A stretch of DNA of 64,000 nt from Adineta vaga (Eukaryota > Animalia > Rotifera): positions 5,022,001-5,086,000 of the forward strand of contig CP075492.1 in NCBI GenBank assembly GCA_021613535.1. The letters run 5' to 3'. Both the position numbers and the translations under genes were made by a program. Positions within the stretch are counted from its first letter, which is position 1, and every line of letters begins with the position of its first letter. The notes below the pieces were generated by a model. That model was not told the DNA's origin. It did not search any database and saw nothing but the letters and a program-made list of their open reading frames with translations. Of this stretch, positions 13,810-26,507 are shown piece by piece.

Positions 13810-14961
13810 ATGACAGCAAACGATCAAGGTCATGTAGGTAAGTAACTGCTTGTGCCTCATTCTTGCACATGATAATCAATTTATATTCATAGATAATCTC
13901 GATCGAAATCAACGTGATCTTCTCAAATCTTATTGGCTTGCGTTAACATCAGCAATTAATGAAGATTCATCGAAAGTTATCGAATCAACTCTCGGTGAAG
14001 AACTTTTTCATTTATTTGCTGCCGATAATCCAGATGTTATACTTCTTCGATGGTTACGTGCACGAAAATGGCAAGTTTCATCTGCTGTTGAAATGATGAT
14101 GGATACATTGAATTGGCGACATGATTGGGGTGTGAGAAAACTTATGAATCGAGGTGAAGATGAATTAAATATAGAAGAATGGTCGTCAGGTAAATTTTAT
14201 CATATGGGAAAAGATAAAATTGGTCGACCAGTTAGTTATGTTCATGCTGAAGGACATATTCGTGGAGAATATCCTATAGAAGCAACAGAAAAATGTCTAA
14301 TCTTATTTATGGAACTTGGAAGAGACTTTGCAGAATATCCTGTTGAAGATGGAACTATTATACTCGATATGGGAAATGTTGGTTTGAAAAATTTAGATTA
14401 TCAATATATTAAATTCATGATTAATGCTACACAAAATTATTATCCTGAATGTTTAGGTCTTGCTTTAATTGTCAATGCACCATGGACATTTAGTACTGTT
14501 TGGAATGTGATTCGTCGTTGGTTAGATCCTGTTGTTGAGAGTAAAATTCGTTTTGTAAAAAATATAAATGAATTAACTGATTATATCGATCCAGTCGCAT
14601 TCCACAGCGATTACAAGGAAAACATGCGGATTTTAAATACATTCCATCGAGTAAAGAAGATGAAATTCGTCTAACGACTATTCATAATGATAATGAAGGC
14701 ATGAAACAAGCACGAATGAAATATAAAGAAGCAGCGAAAATTTATTTAGATGCAACATTAAAATGGGCGAGTACACAAACTGATGGTGATGAGAAACATG
14801 AAGAAAAAGAACGAAAAAAAGCATCGGAAAGATTACATGATACATACAAACAACTTGCACCATATATTACAACAGAAACACATTATCATCGAACAGGAAT
14901 GATTTCCAAATCAAGATTTGATCAAACTTACAATCGAATATGTCATGAAGCAAACAAGTAG
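13810..14961 (+). CDS. CRAL-TRIO/Sec14 lipid-transfer protein, fungal CSR1-like
   Basis: MTANDQGHV, a short intron, then DNPDVILLRWLRARKW, QNYYPECLG, NAPWTF, WLDPVVESKI and C-terminal LAPYI...YHRTG. A single frameshift near 14600 joins ORFs 13850 and 14701. Confidence 0.85.
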
Positions 14962-15625
14962 TTGAATTTTGAATGTAATATATTTTATCGTAGAATACAG
15001 TCATTCTTTCTGTCTTTCATATATTCCCTTTTATCTTATTTGTGACTAGTGTTTCTTTCTCTCGCAAGAATTGAATGTTTTTGAAATAAATTACATGCAT
15101 TAAACGGTGATGATAACGGGCGGGGCAAAAGTTTTACATTAATTTCGTTTTTGATGCCGCGCTGTCACTAATATAAAAAAGGAAGAACTTTCCTGGGCAT
15201 GATTTTACGAATTTTTCGTCATCAAGTTGATACTTTAAAAAAATAGTGTCTCCCAAAAAGATTGATTATTCAATACTAGATATTTTCGAGGTAAAAGGAA
15301 GTATATTATTATCTTTCTCACTCAATTGTTGTTCAAATATTATTTTTAATGAATTATTTTCATAGTATAAATTTGTTAGGATAAAGGAACAGCAATAATG
15401 CTATTTCATTTCGAAATGAATCAAAATATCAAGTTTTTCCAAGCTGAAATAATTAAAGTGTCCGTAGAATTTTCTTTCAATTATATTGAAAATGAAAAAA
15501 AAGGAGTGGGATAAGAGTACAGTGTTCTTCTAGAGAAAAAAATAACTCGTAATTTCTCATTATTCATATATATCTTCACTAGTAAGAAACACGCCATCAG
15601 TATTGATGATAGTAATTTGATTTCT

Positions 15626-17700
15626 ATGGCTATGATTCATTGGTGGTATGAACAAGCACGAAATTACAATCTTTTTATACCGAAAGAAAATGATTATGAT
15701 AATGATTTTTTTGAAGCAAGAGATTCAATAGTTGCTATTAATCGTCAAAAATATGCAACATGATTGTATGTTCTTCTTCTTACATGTAAGTAGAACAACA
15801 GATCAAGTTAAATTTCTCGTAATAGTGATTCTCATTACCTAAGACTATACTCAATTTCGAAGAATCTTCAACTTAACTTTGTAACTGTAGGATTCTTTGA
15901 TATTTTTCTTTTCTTTATGAAATTAATCAAACCACAAATCACAACAAATATCATAACATCAATTGCTCCTCTCCTTGTGGATCAGTTCTATCTTGAACAT
16001 ATAATACAAGTTTGTCATGTCAATGTTCGAAAAGTTCAATTGCATACAAAGATTTTATATCCAACACCCTAACATTTCACTCTGTTTGTGAAAGTAAATT
16101 TATTACTCCAGAATGGATCAAAGCATTGTATATAGAAAATGCAAGTCGATATGGAGTGTTAGATTTTCGAACTACAGCTAGTTATTAACAGATAGATATA
16201 TGAATTTACAGAAAATTTGTTAACAATCTATCTCGTTTAGTTTCAACTTCTGACTAGTCTTTGTTCGTTATCTCAAGACATTGTTTTACAAAATCAAATT
16301 AATCTTTATAATCGTGAACTGCTTAGTATTGATCTTCTTTTCTGAATAAGTAGATATTCAATGTGAAGTGAATGCTAAGATACATATTCTACAGTAACAA
16401 TGGATCAAATCGTATCAATCCATTTCTCACCTATTTCCGTACAAATGTTCATTCGAACTTTATGGTTATCATTTTTCGAATAACAATATGTGTGGTAATA
16501 GAAACCTAAATGGCCAAGCTCAATTTCAGACGTTATGTTACAGGAGACATACTTTTATCTTCATATGAATTGGTTGAGATGTCAGATCCGACAGTAAATG
16601 GTTTCTATGCGAGCATGTACACCACTTGAAGCTCTTCTTCAAAGCACACTTACTTGCTGATACGAGATTGAATGTTTTCATTTATTGACTAATTATTTTC
16701 CATCTCTTAATCAATTCTATTTCTAATCTTATTGTTCTATCATTCTTTTTTTTTTCATTCATTTCGATGAATTTAAATTGGAGTGATATCATTCTTACCA
16801 CGAATAAATCAAAGAATACTGTTGAGTCTTACGTTTTATTGTATTCTGAGGCATGTGCTCCTTCATTTTGTACATATAATACAATTGAACGGATGCATTT
16901 GTCCAATGCAATGACACTTTTCATCAGTCTTTATGGTGGTCTCATTATTATTCTTCGTCTAAGTGCATCTCTTTGATTAGCATCTCATGGAAAACAGGAA
17001 ATCATTTAAGAAATATGAATGGCAATATTGGTATGTAATATGGCAATTAAATATACAGTCTAAAATTCGATTTAATCTACATAGAACGTATAGTACCACA
17101 AAATACACAATTACACAAATGTGTTCAATGGTTAAAATGATTAAATCTGTTTAAAGAAGCTACTGAACGTACAGAGAATGATATAAGACAACAAAGAATT
17201 ACAAAACTTGTCTGTTTGATTCTATTATGTGGTATTACTCTGTTTCTAAATGTTACATGGATGAATGTTGAACATTTCGATTTTACTTTTTATTACTATA
17301 GAGCCGCGCCTTGTCCAATCGAATTTCTACCAATAACAGAGTCGACAGCTCTCGAATGCTATCAAACTCAATCTCTTGTTGCTGCGGATTTCAATAGTGA
17401 TGGTACTTTTAACGAACCGACAAACGTTGTTATAGGGACTTCCATTCTACAACATTCAATTATTGTGAGTGATTTCAATTAGAAGGTATTTTAGACATCG
17501 TAGTTAGTCATAGCGAACCATTTACTATAAGTTTGCTAATTGGATTTGAAAATGGAACTTTTGTAATACAATCAATATTTTCCATGGAAGCTTATGGTTT
17601 GTCCGTTCCATTAACTTTTGCTGATCTAAATAATGATGGCTATCAAGATATCATTGCTATGAATAAATACATAGGCATACCCATTATTCTTTTGAATGAG
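15626..17700 (+). pseudogene. Decayed member of a Cys-rich multi-TM family with C-terminal FG-GAP/VCBS repeats
   Basis: Fragments CQCS...YKDFI, C.PSFCTY, SLYGGL, ADFNSDG and ADLNNDGYQDII, interrupted by many stops and frameshifts. Confidence 0.6.
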
Positions 17701-18124
17701 TGTGATACTCGCAAGGCACATAAACATTATTCATTCTACTGTCTACTTATAGACTTCTTCTTTTTGCAGCATTCTTCACTATCAACATTTTTTTGTTATT
17801 CAATCATGAAATAAAATGCTTAACCTTTTTCTTGATTTATGTATGACACTATCTTGCATCTATAGATGGGATTTAATGGAAAAAAAGAAAGATCTTTTGT
17901 TTTTCTTGAAGTTTTATTAATAGGAAATGTATTTACGACCAGTATTTGTATGTTTTTCTTTTAAAGAGAATAAAGGTAACTTTTCTTCATATTCTTATCT
18001 TCACAACATCAGTTTTTATATATAAGAAGAAACGAGAATAAAATGTTTTTATCTTGATAATCAACAACTAAACTTCCATGAATTTTCATTTCTTTCAAAA
18101 CAACTTACAATTGCACCACATAAT

Positions 18125-20407
18125 ATGGCTACATCTAAAAAATTGACGAGTACAGTCAGTCTGCCAGCACATTTATCCACTTATTCTTCAAATCGAAATA
18201 TTCGTTTATTATGGCTTGATCAAGATTTTGACAATGAAGATAGTCAAAATTCTGTGCGAGAATTACAAAAAATCATTGATACTATCAATACATATACCAA
18301 TGTAAATAAATGTATCAAATCGATCGATAGTTTTCCAAATGAAAAACTCTATTTAATCTTTTCTGGTACACTCGGTGAAACAACAGTTCCACTCATTCAT
18401 GATAGATTACAAGTTGATACAATTTACATCTTTTGTCAAAATAAACCTCGACATGATAAATGGGCAAAAAATTGGTCTAAAATCAAAGGCGTACACACAA
18501 ATATCCAAGCAATATGTGCCGCACTCAAACAAACATATCCGAATGATGATGATCTACATTTAGTTTCGATTAGTTTTGTTCAAGCAACTGCTGGAGATAC
18601 AAAGAAAAGTCTCGATGAATTAGATAACAGTTTTATGTATACACAAATATTAAAAGAAATCTTGCTTACTATTGATTTTGAACCAAAACATTTTCGAGAA
18701 TTTCTCGAATATTGTCGTAAAACTCACAAAGATAAGTTAGTGATCGATAAAATCGAAGAAAAATATGATCGACGTGATGCAATTTATTGGTATTCATACG
18801 ATTGCTTTCTCTATTCTATGGTTAATCGAGATTTACGATTAATGAACATTGATGGAATAATTAAAACAGGATTTTTTATTCGAGATCTTCATAATCATAT
18901 TGCTCAACTTCATTCGGAACAATTCAATAAATATAACAATTCAAAACCTTTCATAGTATATCGTAGTCAAAATTTACTAAAAACAGATTTTGATAAAATG
19001 ATAAAAACAAAAGGTGGATTATTATCATTCAATCATTTTTTATCTACAAGTAAAATTCAGAAAGTGTCACTTGGATTTACGCGAAGTACGGAACAACCAC
19101 CTAATATGGTTCGTATTTTGTTTACTATGACAATTGATCCATCAAAATCATCTACACCTTTTGCAAATATAAGTCATCTTAGTGATTTTAAAACAGAAGC
19201 AGAAATTCTTTTTTCAATGCATTCTATCTTTCGTGTTGGACAAATAAAACAAAGTTATTATGATGGTCCGCTATGGGAAGTTAATTTAACATTGACGAAC
19301 GATAGTGATCCACAACTTTCTGCATTAACGGAATGTATGTTAAACGAAACGAAAGGTTCGACGGGATGGTGTCGATTAGGAAAATTAATGGTTAAATTAG
19401 CTCAATATGAAAAAGCTGAAAGTTTATATTATACTCTACTTATACAAAAATCGAATGAACATGATCGTGGAAATATCTTTCATCAATTAGGATTGATCAA
19501 ATATCATCGAGCAGATTATTCAAATGCTATTTCTCAATTTGAAAAATCACTAGATTACTACCAAAAGACTTCTTCTTCTTCTTCTTCTTCAGATGAAGCT
19601 AACATTGCTGAATGTTACAATGATATTGGGCTAGTCTATTACAAAACGGGGGAATATTCGAAAGCTTTAAAGTATTATGAGAAAGCATTGGAAATTCGAA
19701 AGAATGTTCTTTCTCGAGATCATCCTGATATAGCTGAATCTTACAATAATATCGGCTCAGTACATGATCAAACAGGTGACAATCGTAATGCATTGTCTTT
19801 CTTTGAAAAGGCATGGCGAATATATCAAAAACATCTTCCATCCAATCATCCTAATCTAGCTGCATCTTACAATAATATTGGTTCGGTTCATTATAAAATG
19901 GAAAATTATTCTGAAGCATGTAGTTTTCTAGAAAAAGCTTTGGAAATCAATCAAAAGATTCTTTCGCCGAATCATCCTGATCTAGCTGCTTCATATAACA
20001 ATATTGCTATGGTATATGTCAGTATGAATGAGCATCCCAAAGCGCTTTCGTATTATCAGAAAGCATTAGAAATTCTCAAAAGTAATTTTGCAGAGACTCA
20101 TCCTCATATAGCTGCTACCCATGTGAACATTGGTAGGTTGTATGAAAAGATGAACGAATATTCAAAAGCATTAGCATCTCATGACAAAGCATTAAATATC
20201 TTGAAAAAATGTCTTACATCCAATCATCCAGATTTAGCTTGTTGTTATGGACATATTGGAATAGTCTATTCCAAAATGGGAAATCACAACGAAGCCGTTG
20301 CATCTTGTGAACATGCTTTGAAGATAGCAGAAAAATCATTATCTTCAGATCATCCTCAACTGCAATCGTATAGAAAAAATCTGGAAATAGTAAACAGAAA
20401 TTTGTAA
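18125..20407 (+). CDS. Pseudo-receiver + ADP-ribosyltransferase (R-S-E type) + TPR repeat protein
   Basis: 760-aa intronless ORF with LLWLD...LIFSG...IYIFC (REC-like), VYRSQ / FLSTS / EAEILF (ART triad) and 42-aa HP..A.SYNNIG TPRs. Confidence 0.9.
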   Translation: MATSKKLTSTVSLPAHLSTYSSNRNIRLLWLDQDFDNEDSQNSVRELQKIIDTINTYTNVNKCIKSIDSFPNEKLYLIFSGTLGETTVPLIHDRLQVDTIYIFCQNKPRHDKWAKNWSKIKGVHTNIQAICAALKQTYPNDDDLHLVSISFVQATAGDTKKSLDELDNSFMYTQILKEILLTIDFEPKHFREFLEYCRKTHKDKLVIDKIEEKYDRRDAIYWYSYDCFLYSMVNRDLRLMNIDGIIKTGFFIRDLHNHIAQLHSEQFNKYNNSKPFIVYRSQNLLKTDFDKMIKTKGGLLSFNHFLSTSKIQKVSLGFTRSTEQPPNMVRILFTMTIDPSKSSTPFANISHLSDFKTEAEILFSMHSIFRVGQIKQSYYDGPLWEVNLTLTNDSDPQLSALTECMLNETKGSTGWCRLGKLMVKLAQYEKAESLYYTLLIQKSNEHDRGNIFHQLGLIKYHRADYSNAISQFEKSLDYYQKTSSSSSSSDEANIAECYNDIGLVYYKTGEYSKALKYYEKALEIRKNVLSRDHPDIAESYNNIGSVHDQTGDNRNALSFFEKAWRIYQKHLPSNHPNLAASYNNIGSVHYKMENYSEACSFLEKALEINQKILSPNHPDLAASYNNIAMVYVSMNEHPKALSYYQKALEILKSNFAETHPHIAATHVNIGRLYEKMNEYSKALASHDKALNILKKCLTSNHPDLACCYGHIGIVYSKMGNHNEAVASCEHALKIAEKSLSSDHPQLQSYRKNLEIVNRNL

Positions 20408-20522
20408 AAAAACACATTTTTGAAATAAAAATATATTTACAACGTTTGTTTCAAAGATAAGATAAGAACCTACATTACATCAGTTAAATGTTTTTCATTC
20501 TCACCATTACATTTGTGAAACG

Positions 20523-21323
20523 ATGAATCAAATCATAAAGTTATATGATCTTGCACCATCACCTTCATCTCGGTGTTATTTTTCTCCAACTGCATGGAAA
20601 ACTCGTATGGGATTGTTACATAAAAATGTTCAATTTGAAACTGTTCCAACAAATTTTCTTGAATTACGAAATGAACTTACCAAACGCTCAGGTCATCCAG
20701 ATATTACTATACCAGCAATCGAACTACCTGATGGCACCTTTATCTATGATTCGTTTCGTATTGCTGAATGGCTTGAAAAGACCTATCCAGATGCACCATC
20801 ACTTTTCACTGGTGATGGCAAATTATCTCGTGATAGTCAACCTGAACAAGTTAGTTTAGGCAAGAATTACGCTCGTTTAATTGATTTAGGTCTTGGTGCT
20901 TCAAAATCAGAATGGGCTGTTTGGTATGAGCTTTTCTTTCCAGAACAAGATAAACAAATTACTGGCGAAGAACATCGAGCTTATTTTACATCTGATGCAA
21001 GACTTGGTCTACAAGGCTATGAAAAAATGCTGGCATTGAATCGTCAAGAACTAATACGACGTGCTAAAATGAATGTACAACCACTTGTACAAGTCTTACG
21101 TGAACGTCCGAATCAATATTTTCAAGGTACACATCCAGGTCAAGTTGATTATATTATTTTTGGTCGTTATGCATACTGTCGTATGCTTGATCCAGAACTT
21201 ACCAGAGAAATTTGGAATGATCAAGGAGAAGAATTCAACAATTGGATTGAGAAATTATGTCAAGCTTATGATAGTCATGCTCAGAAACTTTTTGAATCAT
21301 GCTTTTATTCAACGAATAAATAA
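20523..21323 (+). CDS. Glutathione S-transferase, LigE/beta-etherase-like
   Basis: FSPTAWKTRMGLLHK, TIPAI, DSFRIAEWLEKTYPD.PSLF and G.HPGQVDYIIFG motifs. Intronless. Confidence 0.8.
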   Translation: MNQIIKLYDLAPSPSSRCYFSPTAWKTRMGLLHKNVQFETVPTNFLELRNELTKRSGHPDITIPAIELPDGTFIYDSFRIAEWLEKTYPDAPSLFTGDGKLSRDSQPEQVSLGKNYARLIDLGLGASKSEWAVWYELFFPEQDKQITGEEHRAYFTSDARLGLQGYEKMLALNRQELIRRAKMNVQPLVQVLRERPNQYFQGTHPGQVDYIIFGRYAYCRMLDPELTREIWNDQGEEFNNWIEKLCQAYDSHAQKLFESCFYSTNK

Positions 21324-22010
21324 ATAAACAGACATTTGATTGCGTCTATGTTGTTTCTATGAAAAATACATCTCGCTATATCATTCTATATCAATCGAAA
21401 CGTTTATTTGAATATCGTATGTTCTCCTAACCAATCATGACAGCAAAACTAAGAGATGATCATTTTCCTTCATTTTCTAAAGTGACATCGGAGGCGTTTT
21501 GCTCATTACTGTCTAATGAAGATGATTACTTGAGGAAAAATGACAATATTTTCCTTTTCGGATTTTATTTGATAGAGAGGAGTTCTTTAAATGAAATAAG
21601 TTACAATACAGCAGAACTAATTTAAGTGAAATTGCTTTTGATATTGTGAGATAAGACAATCGCTTTAGTTCTGTTTGATTACCCAAAAATATTCATTGAC
21701 TATCTAACAATTTTGTTTTGTTTCATGACAATGACTTGCATTGAATTGATTACATTTGTCGGTTATTAATCTTGCATGTCATTATATTTATACTTTTACA
21801 TTATCAGATGATATAAAATGCATGATCATACGACATGGTCAACTATTTCTCTTCAGAAACTCAATGAAATACTTGAAGTAAAAGACTCGATACTTTGAGA
21901 GGCTTCAGTATATTAATAGAAATATGATGATTTTTACTGCTTCATTGTTAATTTTTGAACTTCTAGAACAAATATATTCTTCAACGATTCTTTCAAATAA
22001 TCAGAAAAAT

Positions 22011-23593
22011 ATGTATTTGTGTTTCTACAATGATCGACGATGTTGGTTTATTTTGTTTTTATTTATCAATCGACTTGACTCACAAGTGTTCTCTCAATCT
22101 CGAATCGATTATCTTGACACGGGTACACAATTTTCTCCAGCAAATCTACCAGCTCAACTCATTTCCATATTATCAACAACTTCATTAAGAAGATGTGCAA
22201 TTGCATGTCATACACAAAGCTTATGTCGTATCTTTGATTATGGAGTTAATTCTTCTACCGCATGTCGTCTCTTTGAAGGTGATGTCGTAACTATGGGGAG
22301 TGTCATTTCATCTCCATTGACAAATTCTAGAGTTGGTGTTGTTCAGTTTTCTTCTGAACTCTTCAATGGATATGATCTTCCATGTCCGTCTTACTGTCAA
22401 CAAAGTCGTTATCTAACATGTAACAGTAATTCAACGTGTCAATGTCAACCACGCCATTACTGGAACGGATTTATGTGCATCCCTCAAACACCTGTCCTTG
22501 GCGCCCCGTGTCAATGGTATATACCATGTGTCGAGAAGATATTAATTATACATGTTTACGTTATAAAAAATGTGGACGTAAGTTGCATAAAGTCTATTTC
22601 AAATGTATATGACAATGATAGTAGTTATTTTCTTTTCTAGCATTATCCGTTTACTCTGGTGTAACAATTGCCAATGAAAATACTTCTATAGCAGGCAGTC
22701 CCAGTGTTGGACTCGATCAACCTGCAGATATTATTGTGGACAAACCGACACCTGGTGTTATTCTTGCGTCTGATGCATCCAAAGGTCAAGTTGTTCGATT
22801 TTATGATCGTACATCCATTACCAATAATGGTTCAGTCGTAGTTCGTACCTGGACAAGTGGATATTCTCTCAATAATCCATACGGTATGTTTTTAGACACC
22901 ATTAGAGGAAATAATTTATACGTCAGTGATTCAAATAACAATAGAATAGTGCTGTTTTTTAACATGCAAAGCATTGCTCCAGTGCCAAAAATAGTTGCTG
23001 GTGTTGGCTCAGCAGGAAATCCATTAAATAGTCCATGTGGAGTAGAGATTGATAGCCAAGGCAATATGATTGTGATAGATTTTGATAATCATCGCATTTT
23101 GAAATACGCACCTAACGCTACCAATGGTATTGTGATTGCTGGTAACGGATCGAGTGGAAATGGTTCAATGAGTCTTAACTATCCGTGTGATTCTTATCTG
23201 GATGAACAAAATTCTTGGTTATATGTTGCTGATGTTTTCAATAATCGAATACAACGCTTCTCCCTAAATGCCAGTTTGCCTTTAATAGGTACAACAGTAG
23301 CTGGTAACAATGGTTACGGATCTGGTAGTGATCAGTTGAAATGGCCATATGGTGTTTGGGTGTCAAGTAAGACGGGTGCTGTCTATATAGCTGATAGTTG
23401 GAATAATAGAATTCAACGTTGGGATGTAGGTGCAACTTCTGGTGTGACAATTGCTGGAAATCCAAATGGAGTAGCAGGGAATAATGCTACAATGTTAAAT
23501 AATCCATACAGGATTACTGCGAATGCAAATGAAACTTTTCTTTATATCACTGATACATGGAACAAACGAATACAACGATTTCCACTTATTTAA
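22011..23593 (+). CDS. Secreted PAN/apple-like + Cys-rich + NHL-repeat protein
   Basis: CAIAC...CRIFDY..CRLF module, Cys-rich module, intron ~22578-22640, then NHL repeats (YVAD..NNRIQ). Apparent frameshift near 22520. Confidence 0.8.
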
Positions 23594-23823
23594 AAACAAT
23601 AATATTTCCTTCGTAACTTTTGTTGTTCAATATTTTAATGTATATGACATATGTGTTTGTAATGCTGTTGTTTGTGTATGTTTATATATTTCTAATTATT
23701 TATTCAATTCTTTATCGGCTTTTTCTTCTTGTATCATTTATAAAATAAAATATTATTTATTGTAAAAGAAAAGTATGTCATCTAACACACGAAAAAATGT
23801 TCTCTGTTCTATTGAAAAAAAAT

Positions 23824-24639
23824 TCAATAAGCAAATGAACGATAGAGTTCTTCATCTTTTTCTGCTTCTTCTAAACTATAAAAAACTGGATTGAATCGTA
23901 ACCATTGTCGTGTTCGTGTTGGTACTTGTTCCAATATTTCTCGTGCAACACGTATTTGAACTTCTGGCCGAAATAACCATCGTCGACTATAACCTAGAAC
24001 AACCATGGGTCGTGGCTCATCGGTTCGATTAGGTGTTCCCCGATGTATATGTCGAACATCTCGAATAAGAATATCACCTCGCTTCATCAGAACTTGTTGT
24101 AATGGTATTTCACCAGATTCAATACGACGAACTGCTTCTTCTTTAGGTAATAAGTGCGTAGAAGGTGCCATTTCTAGAGGTCCATTTTCTGGATGACAAT
24201 CAACCAATGGGAAATTAACGGCTAATTGAAATGGTGGTGTTTCTTGATCCCATTCAGGGAAAAGTGATTGAGTATCACGATGCAATGCTTGATATTCTGA
24301 ACCTTGACATGGAGTGTCCGTAGCAAGTTGACAAAATACTCCATCTGCACCAACTAATTCAGAAACAACAGCTAGAATAATATCATTATCAATTATTGAT
24401 GCATCAGTCCATGGAGATCGAAATGGTGGTGTAATATAATATCGATGTGGTCCACGATTACCTACTCCACCTTCGATACGTTCCGTCTCTTTTAATAATA
24501 GTAGGAAAACTCGATTGAGTTCATCAATTTTATCGACTGGAAGAACGTTTTCAATGATAGTTGCTCCAGTTCGACGAACTTCATCGGCACGTTCGAGAAT
24601 CCATGCTCTATCCAATGCACGTTTGTCCTCAAAAGCCAT
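23824..24639 (-). CDS. Phytanoyl-CoA dioxygenase (PhyH) family Fe(II)/2OG enzyme, bacterial-like
   Basis: QALHRD, PLVD...ENGPLE..P.TH and GD.LIRD.R..HRGTPN..DEPR motifs. Intronless. Confidence 0.85.
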   Translation of the reverse strand: MAFEDKRALDRAWILERADEVRRTGATIIENVLPVDKIDELNRVFLLLLKETERIEGGVGNRGPHRYYITPPFRSPWTDASIIDNDIILAVVSELVGADGVFCQLATDTPCQGSEYQALHRDTQSLFPEWDQETPPFQLAVNFPLVDCHPENGPLEMAPSTHLLPKEEAVRRIESGEIPLQQVLMKRGDILIRDVRHIHRGTPNRTDEPRPMVVLGYSRRWLFRPEVQIRVAREILEQVPTRTRQWLRFNPVFYSLEEAEKDEELYRSFAY

Positions 24640-25120
24640 ATTTATAATTGTAATTTTTATCGTTGTTAGAAGAAACAAAACATCGACTTCTCTATTTTGT
24701 TTCTTATCTTATGGCAGACATTATCTCTTGTTTGCTTGTTCTATTCTATTCCTCTATCTTTCTCATTTGGTATGTCGAAGGAGATATAATTCTGATGAAT
24801 AAAGGATTGTGCTTTGGAATGAAAAGATGAAAACAAAAGAAGCACGAGCGATGTAACAATTTGAATCTTTCCTTGCTAATATTCTATTCTACATTCGTCA
24901 TCATTGCACTGTATATATTTAGAAATAGGATATGTTGTATTTAAAAAAAGATAATAATTGACTTTTTTCATCCTATGATGAAATATGATCGTCAATAAGT
25001 TAAACCTTTAATGCACTCTGACATAGCTTTTTCTCAAAATGACATATATAAATGTGCGATGAGACAATAAAAAATAATTCAATATTACTATTGTTTTTCG
25101 AGTAATATATAATTGTTAGA

Positions 25121-26154
25121 ATGATGAAATATTTTACGGTCTTTTGTCTAGCACTTTTAGAAAGTAAGTTAGTAGAAATGTAGAACACATGTAAACGATG
25201 AAAATTTGATTTATCAGCGAAATATTTTTTTACTAAGTGCAAATCGGTGTAAGAACTGTGATTACATGTTCATTGGATGTGTGGAAGTCAGAAGTTGGGA
25301 CACGAGCAATACGAATGAATCTTCCCGAAGATGTATTTATTGATAATAACAATAATATTTACGTTCCAGACAACTACTATAGTATTCAGAAATGGTTACC
25401 AAATGCAACAAATCCAATTATTGTAGCAGGTGGAAGCTCAGGATCGGGTATGAATCAATTGAAAAATCCAATTGCTGTCTTTGTACGTAATAATAATATC
25501 TATATTGTTGATAACGGAAATTTTCGAATACAAAAATGGAGCGAAGGTGCCACAACTGGTATAACTGTTGCTGGAGGAAATTCTAAAGGTTCTGCTCTCA
25601 ATCAATTGAGCAATTGTTATGGTATTTATGTAGATGAATACGAAAATGTATACGTAGCTGATAGAGATAATAATAGAATTTTAAAATGGATTCCTGGTGC
25701 GAAAGAAGGAATTGTTGTCGCAGGTGGTAATGGTGAAGGTAATGGTTCAAATCAACTGAGATTTCCTTTAGGTATTTACGTAGACAAAGATGCTAATATT
25801 TATATAGCAGATTATTATAATAATCGTATTCAAATGTATATGTCTGGTGCTAAACATGGTATTACAGTAGCTGGTGGTAATGGCGCTGGAAGTAATCTAA
25901 ATCAATTGTCACTACCACGAGCAGTTTCAGTTGATAATGAAAAGAATGTATACATTCTTGATACATTCAATCATCGAGTACAAAAATGGAAATTAGGCGC
26001 ATCAAGTGGTTTGAAAATAATTGGAGGTGATGGTCCAGGTCGCAGTCCAAATGAATTAAATATGCCATTTGGAATGAGATTCGATTCATATAATAATATC
26101 TATGTGGCAGACACTTACAATTATCGTATACAAAAATTCAGTTGTCGTGATTAA
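25121..26154 (+). CDS. Secreted NHL-repeat beta-propeller protein
   Basis: Signal exon MMKYFTVFCLALLE, an intron, then ~6 repeats of VAGGNG.G...NQL..P..IYVAD..N.RIQ. Confidence 0.85.
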
Positions 26155-26507
26155 TTTTGACTTTGTCTCAAAATAAAGTTAATCATTCTTGTAACTACAT
26201 TACTTGATATTATATCTATGCTTTTTACTCTTACAATCTTATTTGAAATGAATAAACAATCATGATTTGCTTCTAAATCTACATTGAGAATTGTTAGTTA
26301 ATTATAGTTTGATTATCTTTGTAAAAGTTAATGACAAAACAAAAATGCCTGTAGAATTTAAATCTTTCATTACTTGAAATGTTTTCAAGTAGATATAAGA
26401 ATGAAAAATATAATGTAAAAACGTATCTTATCGTATAATTTTATTTACTTTCAAAGTTGGAATACTACGATGATTTGCTTCTATTGAAAATGTAATAAAA
26501 AGAACCA

